From IMG/VR virus record IMGVR_UViG_3300011116_000422, positions 1 to 59,627 of that record: DNA of 59,627 nucleotides. The stretch is one strand, 5' to 3'. Under the pieces are notes generated by a model. It had not been told where the DNA came from, made no database searches, and saw nothing but the letters and a program-made list of their open reading frames with translations. Positions 16,607-28,200 of the stretch are shown here, piece after piece. Every line of letters begins with the position of its first letter. Positions within the stretch are counted from its first letter, which is position 1. Both the position numbers and the translations under genes were made by a program. The stretch is from a virus (taxonomy: Duplodnaviria; Caudoviricetes).

Positions 16607-18939
16607 GGTTTTCTCCTATAACCTACGGCTCCAACTGCTCCGCTTGCGGCGACAGTCGTTGCGGCAATGTTTCCAACGATGGTGGCGGCTACAACAGTTT
16701 TTGTCGCTTCTTCTCTTTCCTCCACTGACATATCGGCTCCAAGATTTCCAAGAGCAAAGATAAGTTGAGCAGGACTTTCGAAGACAGCGGATAACATCTC
16801 GGCTGGGGACGCGAGGAGTTCAAGGGCATCTGCAACTACTGCGCTAATTATAACCTCGTTACCATTTTCATCCTGTCTAACCTCAACAGGTGTTGCTTCG
16901 GGCAAGTCGGCATAATCAATACCTGCTTCGTGAATTGCTTCAGCAGTTACTGCTTGACCTTGAGCAGATTCAATTAATGCCTCGGCAACAAGTTCTTTTT
17001 CTGCGTTTGTAAATTTTCCGTCAGAAGCAAGAGTTTCTGAAAGATTGTTTACTTCGGATTGAGTAATTTTGCCGTCGGCAGACAAAGCATCAATAATAAG
17101 ATTTTCTTCAGCCTTACTTAAAGGACCGCTATCAGATAAAGTTTCAATAAGTGCTGTTGCTTCGGCTTCAGTAACTTTTCCATCAGCCATTAAAGAATCA
17201 ACTACGGCTTCGGCATCCGCCGCTGAAATGTTTCCATCATCTAAGGCATCACTTAATACTTCGGCAGGAGGCAACTCAACTGGAGTTGGAGGCTCGGGTT
17301 CGACCATTGGCGGTTCGGGTTCTACGGCAGGAGGCTCTGGCTCGACCGCTGGAGGTTCCCCGATTGCATCTTCTGGGTCGGGAATCGCTATTGGCGGTTC
17401 TGGTTCTTCGGTCGGTGGAGGAGTAGTATTTTCATCTACGGGAACCGGAGGTGTTTGTGAATCATCAGGATTCGGAGCAGGGTCAACAGGTGTCGGAGGT
17501 TCTTCAACAGGAACTGGAGGTTCTTCCGGACTTGGAGCGGGTTCAGGAGCAGGTTCTTCAACTGGAACAGGGATTGGCGGCTCTACGGTTTGAGGCGGCT
17601 CAGGCTGAGGAATTGGTGCAGGTTCTATTGCAGGGGGTTGAACAGGGTCAGGAGCAGGCCCCGGAGCAACAGGAACACTTGGCTCAGGTAATACAACTGG
17701 ATTCGGTTCGACGGAAGGGACGGGGGTAGGAGATGGATTTGGGACGGAAGGCACAACAGGAGTTGGCGATGGTGAAGGTGCAGGCTCAGGAGTTACGGTC
17801 GGAGTTGGTGTTGGTGAAGGCTCGGGGTTTGTTGATGGAGTCGGAGTTGGAGAAGGCTCGATTGCGGGTGTCGGAGTTGGAGATGGCGCTGGACCGGGCT
17901 CGTTCGATGGCGATGGGGAAGGAGTAGGCAATGGAGTGGGTGTGGGTGTCGGTTCTACTGTTTGCGTCGGTGTTGGTGTGGGGGTCGGTGAAGGTGATTC
18001 AGATGGCGTTGGCGTGGAAGATTCTTGAGGAGTTGGAGAAGGTTGAGGATTTGAAGATGGACTTGGACTTGGAGATTCTGACGGAGAAGTGGAAGGCGCA
18101 GGGGCTGGACTAGGTGCAGGCTCGACGGCTTCGGCAGTAACAACGGGTGCAATATAAACTCTTGTAAGCCCGGCTTCTTCTAAAGTAACAACACGACCAT
18201 CAGGCAAGCGAACACCTGTTCTTGTATTCAATCCTTGTTGCACATCTGAAAGATAAGTAATAGTCAAAGTGTTATCAGGATTAATTGCGGCGGTTACGAC
18301 AATAGTTGAAAGAGGATTTGCACTTGCATTTTGACCATAAGGACGAACTGCTAAATCAACTTGAAATCCTGCTTGACTTGAAGTAATTATTAAATGTTCG
18401 TCCGGGGCTCTCCATCCGGCAGGATAAGAGTTAGATGGATTTGGATTATTAGGGTCAAGAACTACCCAGTCATAAGCATTAACTGAAATTGAAGGCGCTG
18501 TTGGGTAATTAGCAAAAGCATTATCTTGACGCCCAAAAGTAATAGTTGAGTTTGTTGTTGCATAAACTGCGTTGTAATCAGTTCCTTGAAAATTAATTGT
18601 TGTAGGTAAAGCAACTTGATAAGAAACGTCATCTCCGCCGCAGGTATCTTGAACGATAACCGGAGTTGAAGTAACTGTTTGACCATCAGTAGAAGTCGCT
18701 GTAACGGTTTCATTTAAAGCAACTGGTGCCGTCTGAGCCGTCGCAATACTTTCAGCCGTTGTTACACAAGTAGCCGAAGCGTCAATTGTTCCAACGCAAA
18801 CATTAAATGAAAATGCCAACGATGCAACAAAAACAAAGACCCCCCATTGTTTTGCACCTTGGGGGGTCTTTAACTTTAAATGTTTTGCTATTTTGCTTAC
18901 CTCTTTCGAGTTAGGCTTGGGCTTCCGTCCATGAAACAC
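16603..18939 (-). CDS. Exported Pro/Thr/Glu-rich surface protein with C-terminal anchor (start uncertain)
   Basis: Signal-like N-terminus, beta-rich domain, ~290-aa P-rich stalk, acidic DG[KN][IV][TS] repeats, hydrophobic tail ending RRKP. Confidence 0.8.
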   Translation of the reverse strand: MFHGRKPKPNSKEVSKIAKHLKLKTPQGAKQWGVFVFVASLAFSFNVCVGTIDASATCVTTAESIATAQTAPVALNETVTATSTDGQTVTSTPVIVQDTCGGDDVSYQVALPTTINFQGTDYNAVYATTNSTITFGRQDNAFANYPTAPSISVNAYDWVVLDPNNPNPSNSYPAGWRAPDEHLIITSSQAGFQVDLAVRPYGQNASANPLSTIVVTAAINPDNTLTITYLSDVQQGLNTRTGVRLPDGRVVTLEEAGLTRVYIAPVVTAEAVEPAPSPAPAPSTSPSESPSPSPSSNPQPSPTPQESSTPTPSESPSPTPTPTPTQTVEPTPTPTPLPTPSPSPSNEPGPAPSPTPTPAIEPSPTPTPSTNPEPSPTPTPTVTPEPAPSPSPTPVVPSVPNPSPTPVPSVEPNPVVLPEPSVPVAPGPAPDPVQPPAIEPAPIPQPEPPQTVEPPIPVPVEEPAPEPAPSPEEPPVPVEEPPTPVDPAPNPDDSQTPPVPVDENTTPPPTEEPEPPIAIPDPEDAIGEPPAVEPEPPAVEPEPPMVEPEPPTPVELPPAEVLSDALDDGNISAADAEAVVDSLMADGKVTEAEATALIETLSDSGPLSKAEENLIIDALSADGKITQSEVNNLSETLASDGKFTNAEKELVAEALIESAQGQAVTAEAIHEAGIDYADLPEATPVEVRQDENGNEVIISAVVADALELLASPAEMLSAVFESPAQLIFALGNLGADMSVEEREEATKTVVAATIVGNIAATTVAASGAVGAVGYRRKP

Positions 18940-21703
18940 GACCTGCTACATCAATAGCCGCCGCCGAAATGTTTGTTACTAAGAATGTCAATACATCTGG
19001 TCCATCAGGGAAAATCTGAGTGTTAGCCAAAGATGAACCACCACCCATAATTGCGTTACCTAAGTCGCGCAAGTTAGAAAGGTCAAGAGTATCTGTTCCA
19101 CCTGAAAGGAATCCACCTGTTGTTTCGCCACCAGTTACGGTTGTTGAACCACCCTGATAGTCAGCAATCTGAGCAAGTGATGAGTTTGTTAAAGTTGCTG
19201 AACCTGCTGTTGGACTTGTCCAAGAAGTAGATGAAGAAGGTGTTCCATTAATAACGGCCGTAATCAAATAGTTTGATGACGCAGTTTTACAAGTTACGCC
19301 AAGTGCAACAAGTTTTAACTGCATACGGTTAAGCAGTTCTCGGACACCATAGTTACCACCAATACCACTATCAACCGAAGGTGCTACACGAATGCTCATA
19401 AGAGCCTTAGTTGCACCAGCGGCGATGTTAGTAAAAATAGTCTGTCCGTAAGTAAAAATAAGTGACTTATCGTTATCGAAACGACCATCCATAATTACAG
19501 AAGTTCCCCAGTGAGAAATAGTTGGGGCATAAGTTGGCTGAGAAAGTTCAACAAGAATAGGCGCGCCTGTTAATGCTGTAAATGTAAAAGCAAAAGGTGA
19601 GCCTGTATCCATAGGAGGAATTGTTAAAGTTGGGTTTGCTCCTGTTGCGGCTACGCTTAAAAGAAATTGAGTAGCGCTCACGATAGATTGAACAAATCCG
19701 CCTTCAGGAATATAACCAGTTGTTAAATCATAAACTTTTTGACCAACTCGTAAGTTTGCTGTTGAAGCAATAGTTACAAGGTTTGAACCAGCGGCAACAG
19801 TTGAAGAAACTCCAGCAGGGATTCCTGCTCCTGAACGAGAAAGACCAGTGAATGTAGTTGCAGTTTTTCCTGTGTAAGTAACATATTCGGTTTTTGTATT
19901 ATCGCGAACTAATAAAACACCACTGGAAGGAAACGTCGCAGTGCTTACAACAGTCATTGTTACATCTGTGCTACCAAAAGTTGCGGCAAGACGGCTAAAC
20001 GGTGGTTGCATAGAAGTTTCATAACGAGCAGGAAGGTTTCCTGAGCGCATATAGGCTTCGGCATTAACATTGTTATTAGTAATACGGTGGCAATAAGTTA
20101 CTTGACCGTCGGTTGCGCGGAATCCATAACGAATTGCACCAGCGCCATACCAAGTATAGTCAATGTAAAACATTTGCATTTTAGACAAATCAAGATTGTA
20201 ACCACTTGTGCCAGTTCCATCCATCTTATCTAAGTTCCAAGAAGATTGAGCAGTTTTTGTATCAACAGTTCTTGTAACTTGAACCATGCTTGCAGTTGAG
20301 CCGCGATAAGAAGGTGAAATAGTAAATGTATTATCGTCTGTAATACCAAGAACGCGGTAGGAAGAACCGCGAATTACAACAAAATCATTTGGCACTAATT
20401 GTGTTAACGAAGCGGTGGGAAAAGTAACAGAAGTTCTTGTTACTTGGTCTGAACCTGCCGTTACAGAATAACGACCCGGTAATTGATAAGTAGAAGTTCT
20501 ACGAACTGCGTAAATCTGTTGTCCATCAAACTCAAAAAATACTCCATTTTGGTCATCAAATAATCCAAGACGATTAATTGCTCCATGCCAACCAACAACA
20601 GAAACAATAAAAGGTCCTTGGGCTGTTAAATTCGCTGGAGTGTTTAACAAAGTAACTGTGAATGTATTATAAGAAATAACAGACGCAACGGAAAACGTTC
20701 CATTATAATCAACTCCGTTTGTTACACCTGAAATTGTAACTTGAGCGCCTGTCCAAAGGTTATGGCGTTCTTTTGTAGAAACAGTTGCAGTAGTTCCAAC
20801 GGCAGTAATTGCATCTACCTGAAGGCTAGGTTTTAAAATTGTTCCTGAAGAAATCTGAATACCTTTACCTGATTGGTAACGGAAATAACGACGAGTTTGA
20901 CGAACGGCCGTTTCATAATTTGAATTACCGTTTGATGAGAAGATAACTCCACCATCAAAAGGTCGGTGAAGGAATTGTCCAGAAGGGCGAACATATAAAT
21001 TCATGCTTGTTACAGTTAAGGCAGAAGGAACTCCAGCATTGTAATCTACAACATAACTAAAAATGTTAGGTGAAGTAATAGTGCAAACTTCATAAGCACC
21101 ATTAGGTGGATTTGTTCCTGTAATGCCAGTGACAATAATTTCGTTACCGATTGCAAGACCATGTGGGGTTGTGCAAGTTACAGTTACAATTTTATTACTT
21201 GTTGTAACAATATAAGAACCTTGTGGCGCAATTGCGGCGTTGCTATAAAGACTTGCCTGATAAACAAGTGTTTTATTAACATCAAAAATTGCTGTAAATG
21301 ATGTGTTGTTAGTTGAACGAGCCTTATAAGTAAATACGGTAGTGCCGCCGCCTGTTTCAATAATAAAGTTACCATTGGCAGGTGTAAGCAAAGAGTCTTG
21401 AACAAAAATTGGAGTTCCGTTTGCTGGTGCCACACCAGAACCAAGAGTAATAATTACTTGACGGGAACCTGCTACATACTGCATTGAAACAATGTTAGGA
21501 ATTGAGTTAGCGTTTGGATAAGCAAACGGCACGTTATTTACTGTGGCAAGGTTTTCCCATTTAGTTGTCTGTGTGCCGTATTCAAAGTCTGTATCAATAA
21601 GTGATTCAGGAGTCGCTACGCGCAACTTATTTGTAGGGTCGTAAAGAACTTCAGTCGGAGTGAAGATTGTCGAAGTTCCTACGGTGGTTGTTGTAATTGG
21701 CAT
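18911..21703 (-). CDS. Large tail fibre / virion structural protein
   Basis: 930 aa, Thr/Gly-rich; LRV.TP.SLIDTDFEYG, RQTRRYFRYQSGKG, WYGAG, WTEAQA. Confidence 0.75.
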   Translation of the reverse strand: MPITTTTVGTSTIFTPTEVLYDPTNKLRVATPESLIDTDFEYGTQTTKWENLATVNNVPFAYPNANSIPNIVSMQYVAGSRQVIITLGSGVAPANGTPIFVQDSLLTPANGNFIIETGGGTTVFTYKARSTNNTSFTAIFDVNKTLVYQASLYSNAAIAPQGSYIVTTSNKIVTVTCTTPHGLAIGNEIIVTGITGTNPPNGAYEVCTITSPNIFSYVVDYNAGVPSALTVTSMNLYVRPSGQFLHRPFDGGVIFSSNGNSNYETAVRQTRRYFRYQSGKGIQISSGTILKPSLQVDAITAVGTTATVSTKERHNLWTGAQVTISGVTNGVDYNGTFSVASVISYNTFTVTLLNTPANLTAQGPFIVSVVGWHGAINRLGLFDDQNGVFFEFDGQQIYAVRRTSTYQLPGRYSVTAGSDQVTRTSVTFPTASLTQLVPNDFVVIRGSSYRVLGITDDNTFTISPSYRGSTASMVQVTRTVDTKTAQSSWNLDKMDGTGTSGYNLDLSKMQMFYIDYTWYGAGAIRYGFRATDGQVTYCHRITNNNVNAEAYMRSGNLPARYETSMQPPFSRLAATFGSTDVTMTVVSTATFPSSGVLLVRDNTKTEYVTYTGKTATTFTGLSRSGAGIPAGVSSTVAAGSNLVTIASTANLRVGQKVYDLTTGYIPEGGFVQSIVSATQFLLSVAATGANPTLTIPPMDTGSPFAFTFTALTGAPILVELSQPTYAPTISHWGTSVIMDGRFDNDKSLIFTYGQTIFTNIAAGATKALMSIRVAPSVDSGIGGNYGVRELLNRMQLKLVALGVTCKTASSNYLITAVINGTPSSSTSWTSPTAGSATLTNSSLAQIADYQGGSTTVTGGETTGGFLSGGTDTLDLSNLRDLGNAIMGGGSSLANTQIFPDGPDVLTFLVTNISAAAIDVAGRVSWTEAQA

Positions 21704-21705
21704 AA

Positions 21706-22014
21706 TTACTTACCCTTTGTAGTCTTTTTTGCAGGAGCGTTCTTGGCAGTTTTTTTGATTGCTTTGGCAGTCTCTTTTTTTGCACCTTCTAGTAAAGGCT
21801 TTGCAATTAGACCAAATGCTGGGTCTTTCTTATTAAGATAGCGAAGTGCAACGGGGATTAAAGTTGTCCACAAAACATTAGAAACATCAGCCCATTGTGA
21901 GGCTGTAAATGACATCGGGCTTGCGCCTTGTCCAACAAGAACAACCGCGGCGGCTACCTGCCCTGCAAGGTTACGAACGTATGAGTCAAGCATTGACTGG
22001 AACTTAGGGTTCAT
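21706..22014 (-). CDS. Holin-like protein
   Basis: SYVR, PVALRYLNKKDPAFG, basic tail. Confidence 0.65.
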   Translation of the reverse strand: MNPKFQSMLDSYVRNLAGQVAAAVVLVGQGASPMSFTASQWADVSNVLWTTLIPVALRYLNKKDPAFGLIAKPLLEGAKKETAKAIKKTAKNAPAKKTTKGK

Positions 22015-22316
22015 TTTGTCTCCTTCATCGACTTAACTAAATCATAGAGGTCATCGAGCCGAGTTACCACACCCGACTGGCGTTCTTCCAATCTTATGAT
22101 TCTATCAGCAAGGTGGGACCCACCATTGGTTTCCAATTGCGACACCAATTTGAGGATTGGCTCAAGGCGGCATTCAAATTCAGACTTTATTTCTTCAATA
22201 AGGGCTTTTTTCACAGGACTCCATACAAACTTTGAAATGACTAAATGAAAGGTCAGTATTGCTCCTCCGATAATGCCTACCGCGCCAGCGGCTTGAAGGA
22301 ATGAATTCATGGTCAT
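22011..22316 (-). CDS. Membrane protein (TM + coiled coil, NGGSH motif)
   Basis: N-terminal TM, L.TNGGS.LAD...RLE as in actinophage lysis-region genes. Confidence 0.7.
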   Translation of the reverse strand: MTMNSFLQAAGAVGIIGGAILTFHLVISKFVWSPVKKALIEEIKSEFECRLEPILKLVSQLETNGGSHLADRIIRLEERQSGVVTRLDDLYDLVKSMKETK

Positions 22317-22357
22317 AAGGATAACAAGTGTTTAGCAATATGGGTTTATAGAAACGC

Positions 22358-22594
22358 TTAGGTTAGTTTGCCTAAAACAATCAAATCACTATCGTTTATA
22401 AGACAGACCACTACATCAGCGACAGTTGGCGTATAACTGGATAAATAACGAATGCCCGTAATAGCGGTTGTAGCCCCGGAAATCTGAACAGAAATACGGG
22501 TATTTGTATTTGTTCGAGCAGTGACTACCCCATACCGAATAAATATATTTTTGTTATTATCAATAATCTTGTTTAAAATTGTTCCAAGTTCCAT
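22358..22594 (-). CDS. Minor tail protein (spike/OB-fold-like)
   Basis: YLSSYTP.V.DVV...VLG; follows the hub gene. Confidence 0.7.
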   Translation of the reverse strand: MELGTILNKIIDNNKNIFIRYGVVTARTNTNTRISVQISGATTAITGIRYLSSYTPTVADVVVCLINDSDLIVLGKLT

Positions 22595-23742
22595 TACACG
22601 TTTCCAATCGCAACAATTTCATTAGCGCCAACGACTCGAACTACACGCGTTTTAACTGATAATGCACCTTCATATTCTAAGGGAATATCCATAGAGTCGA
22701 TAATAACCGTCCTGTCCACTTTTGCCCCATCGCTACTTAAATAAATAACATCATTAACATCCAGTGAAGGGTCAACTATCGAAGTGAAATTGATTTCTTC
22801 TTGGCGCCCAATATAAGTGTTAAGTAGAAGGCTTGCCGCTTTAATGGCATCCGCTGAAGTTCCAATTAGGCTTGTTGTAATAAAAGTTGGAACCGAACCA
22901 AAAACTCCATAGCGATACGTTGGACTTGTTGTATCTTCATCCCAAACCTCAACGCGAATTGGAGTTGTTACTTGAGAACCTTCAACTGTATAAATCACAC
23001 CGTTATAAGTTTCTTTTGTTGAAATTGTTCTATCAAGAGAGGTAATTGTCGTTCCATTTCCTTCTTCGTAAGTAGCAACGACTGAAGCCGCATCAAGAGT
23101 TGGAAACTGACGCATTGTGCATACGCCTTTAACGTCAAAGTAAAGGTCATACCCGACAAGGCTTGCAATATGAACAGCATCTTTCCAAGGGTCTAGCCCT
23201 GTATCGGCTCCTAACACAATTTGATTGATTGTGATATTGGTCGTGGGAAAATCCGTCACAATATCGGCATATCGGTTTTGTAGCAAAGCGGTTAAAGATG
23301 TTTCAAGAGTTCCATTCACCATTTGATAAGTTGAAGTCCATTTGTTACGAGAAACAATAATTGATTTATCTTCACCCATTATTATCATAGATACGCCATC
23401 ATTTGTATCTGTTACTTTAACGTCTGTAATGACAAATACGCCTAGCGGGACATATTCTTGAGTTCCATCTGTATATTGAATACCTCGATAAAGACGAAGT
23501 TGATTACCGAAAGGTGCTAAAAAATCAAAACCGTTATCAGGAACAAGATTGGTTGTTTCTCTGGTTGTTGTTAAATGAATCTCACAGGTGCGGCGAATGG
23601 AATTATTAGTATTTACGGATACTTTTCCTGTATCAATACTAAGAGTAAGCAGTCTGCGGTCTGCCGACCATATTTCTGCTTTTGCAATAACTATGTGGTC
23701 GGTTTTAACTGCTGTTTTAAATGCGGCGCTTGTCGGATACAT
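22594..23742 (-). CDS. Tail hub / baseplate protein (DUF5047-like)
   Basis: PFGNQLRLYRG, EYVPLGVF, YNGV; tail position. Confidence 0.8.
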   Translation of the reverse strand: MYPTSAAFKTAVKTDHIVIAKAEIWSADRRLLTLSIDTGKVSVNTNNSIRRTCEIHLTTTRETTNLVPDNGFDFLAPFGNQLRLYRGIQYTDGTQEYVPLGVFVITDVKVTDTNDGVSMIIMGEDKSIIVSRNKWTSTYQMVNGTLETSLTALLQNRYADIVTDFPTTNITINQIVLGADTGLDPWKDAVHIASLVGYDLYFDVKGVCTMRQFPTLDAASVVATYEEGNGTTITSLDRTISTKETYNGVIYTVEGSQVTTPIRVEVWDEDTTSPTYRYGVFGSVPTFITTSLIGTSADAIKAASLLLNTYIGRQEEINFTSIVDPSLDVNDVIYLSSDGAKVDRTVIIDSMDIPLEYEGALSVKTRVVRVVGANEIVAIGNV

Positions 23743-25265
23743 TACTCAGCAATTTCTACATACTTGAGAGTGATATCTCGATATACATTTCCACTTTGGC
23801 TTTCTGCCGTCCATTTGCGGTCAGTAATACGAATCCATTTTTGATTACCAAAAGGGTCTTGAACAAGTAATTTACCTTGATGAGCAACAAGAGGATAAAT
23901 AGCATCCCATTCTTCTTCTGTTACTGTTTTGATGTTATATGCGCCGTCTTCGCCCTGTAAAGGACCAGCAACAATAATTGGGTAATTAGAACCTAAAGGT
24001 CTAAAAATAGTATTCGGTTCATCCACTTGAACATCCAATTCTTTAAGAACACGAATTGAACCAAGGTTTAAAGTAGGGTCTTCAATACACTTGAACCACC
24101 AAGTAGAATCATTTGTAATAAGAACCTGTTGAGTTACAGACCATCCGGAAGGATATTCAATAGAGTTTGAATCTACTGCGACTGCACGACAGCGATAGTA
24201 AGCGGTAATACCTCTAGGGGCTTCATAGTCAGCAATAACGCTTTGATTCGAGGCATTAAGAGTAACTTCTTCTCCACCACGAATATAATTCCAAGTTACG
24301 CCAGAATTGTCTGAGCGTTGAATCTGATGATATTGGCTTGTAAAACTTACCCCTAAAGAAGTTCCTTGGTTTACGAAAGATGCTTTCGCTAAAGTCGCAG
24401 ACCAAGCAACGACCATTGTTGGGACCGATTGGGTTGTATAACTGACGTTAAACTCAGAGTAAGTCCAGTCAGACCAAAAAGCAGTTCCGTTAATATCTTT
24501 AGCAACTCGAACAAAACAACGATAAGTAGCGGGGACTAAAAGAGTTCCAACAACTGAGTTTAATTCTGTTTGAGCAAGCGCACCTGATGTCCAAGTAGGA
24601 GTTGAAGTATTAACAGACCATCCAGCGGCATTATATTGAGCAGAACTAAATACTTTAATTTCTACATATTCTTGAGTTGAACCATCCGTTGCATCTACAT
24701 AAGTCCAAGTAATATCGGGGGTAGTTGTAGAAACAGTGCTTACGGGCGCTGATACTGTTCCGACAGAAGGTTGAGCCGCAACGTCAACATCTACATAAAG
24801 TTCATAAAACTTACCTCGGTCAGTTGTGTCTTTATATTCTTCAACTTTGACACGAATGTTATTTATATTTGTTTGAGTCCATTCAGAACCATCTGGCGCG
24901 GCTGTGTAATAAGGACCAGTAAAAGTAGTTGCAGAAGTATAAGCGCCGCGAACAGCCAAACCAGAATAGAAATAATTTTGTCGGGAAATTAATGCACCAA
25001 GATACACATTGAGTTTACCCGCATCGTTTGGAGTTGAACAGCGAGCGCGAACACGAACTTGTTTTACTCGTTGAGCGGAAGTTAAAGTTAAGGTTCCAAA
25101 GTCCATAATAAGGTCAGCAGAACCTAATACAGTGTTTGCTTTTTGAACAAAAGTGCCGTCTGCGCCATCATTTAAAGCGGCTTGAATAGACGCTGAACCA
25201 CCTGTTATTGAATAAAGAGTTGTTCCTGATGCAACTGCGTTGGGAAGGACTGTTGTTACTGCCAT
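23742..25265 (-). CDS. Minor tail protein (Dit-like with FN3-like insert)
   Basis: Immediately after the tape measure gene; DYEAP..YR motif. Confidence 0.7.
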   Translation of the reverse strand: MAVTTVLPNAVASGTTLYSITGGSASIQAALNDGADGTFVQKANTVLGSADLIMDFGTLTLTSAQRVKQVRVRARCSTPNDAGKLNVYLGALISRQNYFYSGLAVRGAYTSATTFTGPYYTAAPDGSEWTQTNINNIRVKVEEYKDTTDRGKFYELYVDVDVAAQPSVGTVSAPVSTVSTTTPDITWTYVDATDGSTQEYVEIKVFSSAQYNAAGWSVNTSTPTWTSGALAQTELNSVVGTLLVPATYRCFVRVAKDINGTAFWSDWTYSEFNVSYTTQSVPTMVVAWSATLAKASFVNQGTSLGVSFTSQYHQIQRSDNSGVTWNYIRGGEEVTLNASNQSVIADYEAPRGITAYYRCRAVAVDSNSIEYPSGWSVTQQVLITNDSTWWFKCIEDPTLNLGSIRVLKELDVQVDEPNTIFRPLGSNYPIIVAGPLQGEDGAYNIKTVTEEEWDAIYPLVAHQGKLLVQDPFGNQKWIRITDRKWTAESQSGNVYRDITLKYVEIAE

Positions 25266-25268
25266 TTT

Positions 25269-28200
25269 TTACCTCGCGCTCAAAGCGTTTAATAGGGCTC
25301 TTGTCATAACAGGCTCTAAGTCTGCTGGTGCAGTAGTAGGAGGAACTGTAATGCTAAAGGCTCCCTTTTCAATAGTTGTTGTTGAGTATTTTGCTGTGTT
25401 TTGCGAATCAGTGCTGAAACCTCCAAAAGATGTTGAAGGTGCAACAGTTGGCGCGGTCGGCACCTTAATTGTTGTTCCAGCCCAAATCATATTGCCGTTT
25501 TTATATTTATCTACTTCAGTTAATTTAGGGTTAAGAGCGAGAACCGTTGCAAGAGAGGCTCCAGCGGCTTTAGCAATTGCACTTACTGTGTCACCTGATT
25601 TAGCGGTAACAGTTTTAGTTCCACTAACAGCCTTTGTTCCAGTAGAAGGAGTTAAACCATCAAGAACCTTAGCCAAATCAATTGTTGATTTATCAAGTTC
25701 AGCCATGGCATCGGCAAGAGCCGCATTAGCATCATCAAGTTCTTTTTGTGCGTCGGCGGATGCTGTGTCTCCACCACTACCGTTAGTGCTACCTCCGCCG
25801 GGATTTAAAGTAATACTACTTGTAACTCCACCAACACCAATAGCCGCGGCGGCATTAGCCATAGCGGCGGCAACAGCGGCGGCAATCTCATTGGCAAGAT
25901 TGATTAGGCGGGCTTTTTCTTTATTAAGTTTGTCAATCGCGCTTTGAATAAGGTCTTCGCCAAGTTTTGTTCCAACATCTGACATGCCTGCAAACGCGTC
26001 TTGAATACCCTTAGCAATTAAATTCATTTGATTTAAAATATCTTGACGTTTAGATTCAGCGCCATCTACAAGAGATTTAGCCATTGATACAGCATTGTCA
26101 TAAAACGTCGTTGACATTGATGCGCCAAATTGTTCCGAAGAAGCGTTGATTTGTGTGTAAAGGTCGTTAACGGTATTCATGGTATCGACACCACTTTGAG
26201 CAAGAAGTGCGGCAGTTGCGCCAGCGGCTTCAGGACCAGCCTCAAGAAGTGTTCGAACGTATTCTTTGTTATAACCCTTTACCAATAGCGCTTGGATATT
26301 AGTAGTAAATTCTTGAATAGATTTAAGGCTTGATTTCAATTTATCGACAATTGCGACAACACCAGTTGAGCCTTGCGACATTTGTGTAATTACAAGGCCC
26401 GATGCGGTCTTAATTACCTTAATAGTTGTGTCGGCGTTACTCTTTGATAAATCAGCAAGCGCTGAACCAAATGATTTAATGCTACTTGTGATGCTTTCTC
26501 TAAACGAGGTTTGTTTTGACTTAATATCATCATAGTCTTTTTGCAATTTTTCTAATTCTTTAACAATTGCTTTTTGCTTAACATTGAGGTCAATTAACTT
26601 TTGTGTGTCATTTTTAAGCATGTCAAGCAAGGCACTTTGAGCGCCGCCTGAATCAAGGTTGTCAAAACGCTTATTAACAGCCTCAACCATTTTGTCATAC
26701 ATGCCAATAATGTTGTCAATTGTTGTTTCGCCATCAGCGAGAGCCTTATCAATTTCACTTGGCTGTCCAAATGGGCGGCGTAGCATTTGAGCAAAACTAT
26801 TTGCTCCTTCTGCGCGAAGGGCCATTGATTTTTCAAGTTTTTGTTTAGCCTCATCAATTTGATTATTTACATCTTCAAGGTCTTGAGCAATTTTCATTGC
26901 CTCTGCTACGCGGCTACGAACGTAAGAATTAATCTTGTCCCACTCTGCTTTAACCTTAGCAAGTCCAGCAGTGTTATCTTGCGCTTCAAAAATAGCCTGT
27001 TGTGCGTCAAATACTTTTCTAAGTTCGTCAAGACCCTTGAACATTGTGTCGCGGGCTTTTTCTGCACCATCAACAAACCCTGCGGCAAAGTCATTAACTA
27101 TGAAATCGTTATAACCTTCAACAATATCTTTTAACTTACTCTTAAGTTCAGCAATTTTAGCCGCTAATTCAGCGGCGGCTTTTCTGGCCTTTTCATCAAT
27201 CGTTGCCTCGGTATTGCCGGGGTCAAGTCCACTAATATCAGGCATTTCAATTTTTGGAGTTTCAGCCTTTGGCATTTTAGGCATTTTCATGGAAGGCAAC
27301 TGAATTTTCTTATTTGCCAAACCATCCAAGTTATCTGCATAACCCTTTACACTTTTAGCCGCATTATCAAAAAATGTTCCAACGCTATCAATCGCGCCTT
27401 CTATTCCTTTTAATGCCGCCTCGGCACCCGGGACTTTAAGTAATGCTAGACCCTTAAGCAAGAGACGGAGAGGACCTGAATTAACCTTAATCATGGCAAC
27501 GGCAATTTTGCCTATCCATTCAATCAAGTAACCAAAAGCAATAACTCCAGCCTTACCTACTGCAATAACAAATTTTCTAAATGTTTCTGAGTGGTTCCAA
27601 GCAACAACAAATCCAGCGGCAAGAACTGCAATAGCGGCAACAATCAAACCAATAGGGTTAGCCGCCATGACTGCATTGAGTCTAAGCATTGAAGCCGCTA
27701 ATGCGTTTGTGCTTGCAATTTGAGCAAGTTGACCACCAGTCATTAATGTTTGAACTACTGTAAAAATCATTTGAGCAGTTTTAACAACTTTTAAAATAGC
27801 CGCATGTGCAAATAAAGCGGCATTAAAAATAAGGAAGCCCATTGCGGCTCCGGCAATAACGGTTGACACTGCAACCATGATTCCTTGATTCTCTTTTAAG
27901 AATGTTCCTACTTTACCGAGAGTTTTAATCACGCCAACAATCGCGGCACCGACCAATAGGAAAGCAGGAACTAAAATGTCAGTAATAACGGGTCCGGCAA
28001 TTTGAGCAAGAGCAGAACCAAAATCAAATATATTCTTTAATAAAGAGCCAATAAATGTTATGAACTTTTGAATTGCCGTTCCGTCTTTAAATTTATCCAT
28101 CAATCCGCTAATAATTGGCAAAAGTTGGTTTGCCATGAAGCCTTGAACTTTTTGAATAGTTGGCAAAAGCATTTCACCAAAGGCTTGCTTTAGGTTGGCG

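Noticed and set aside
17069-18113. Gly/Ser-rich + strand ORFs and short tandem repeats
   Set aside because: Antisense shadow of the Pro/Thr-rich coding region; not a CRISPR array or separate genes
25240-25947. 235-aa + strand ORF and similar antisense ORFs (e.g. 43779-44285)
   Set aside because: Fully antisense to well-supported genes, with no RBS or motifs
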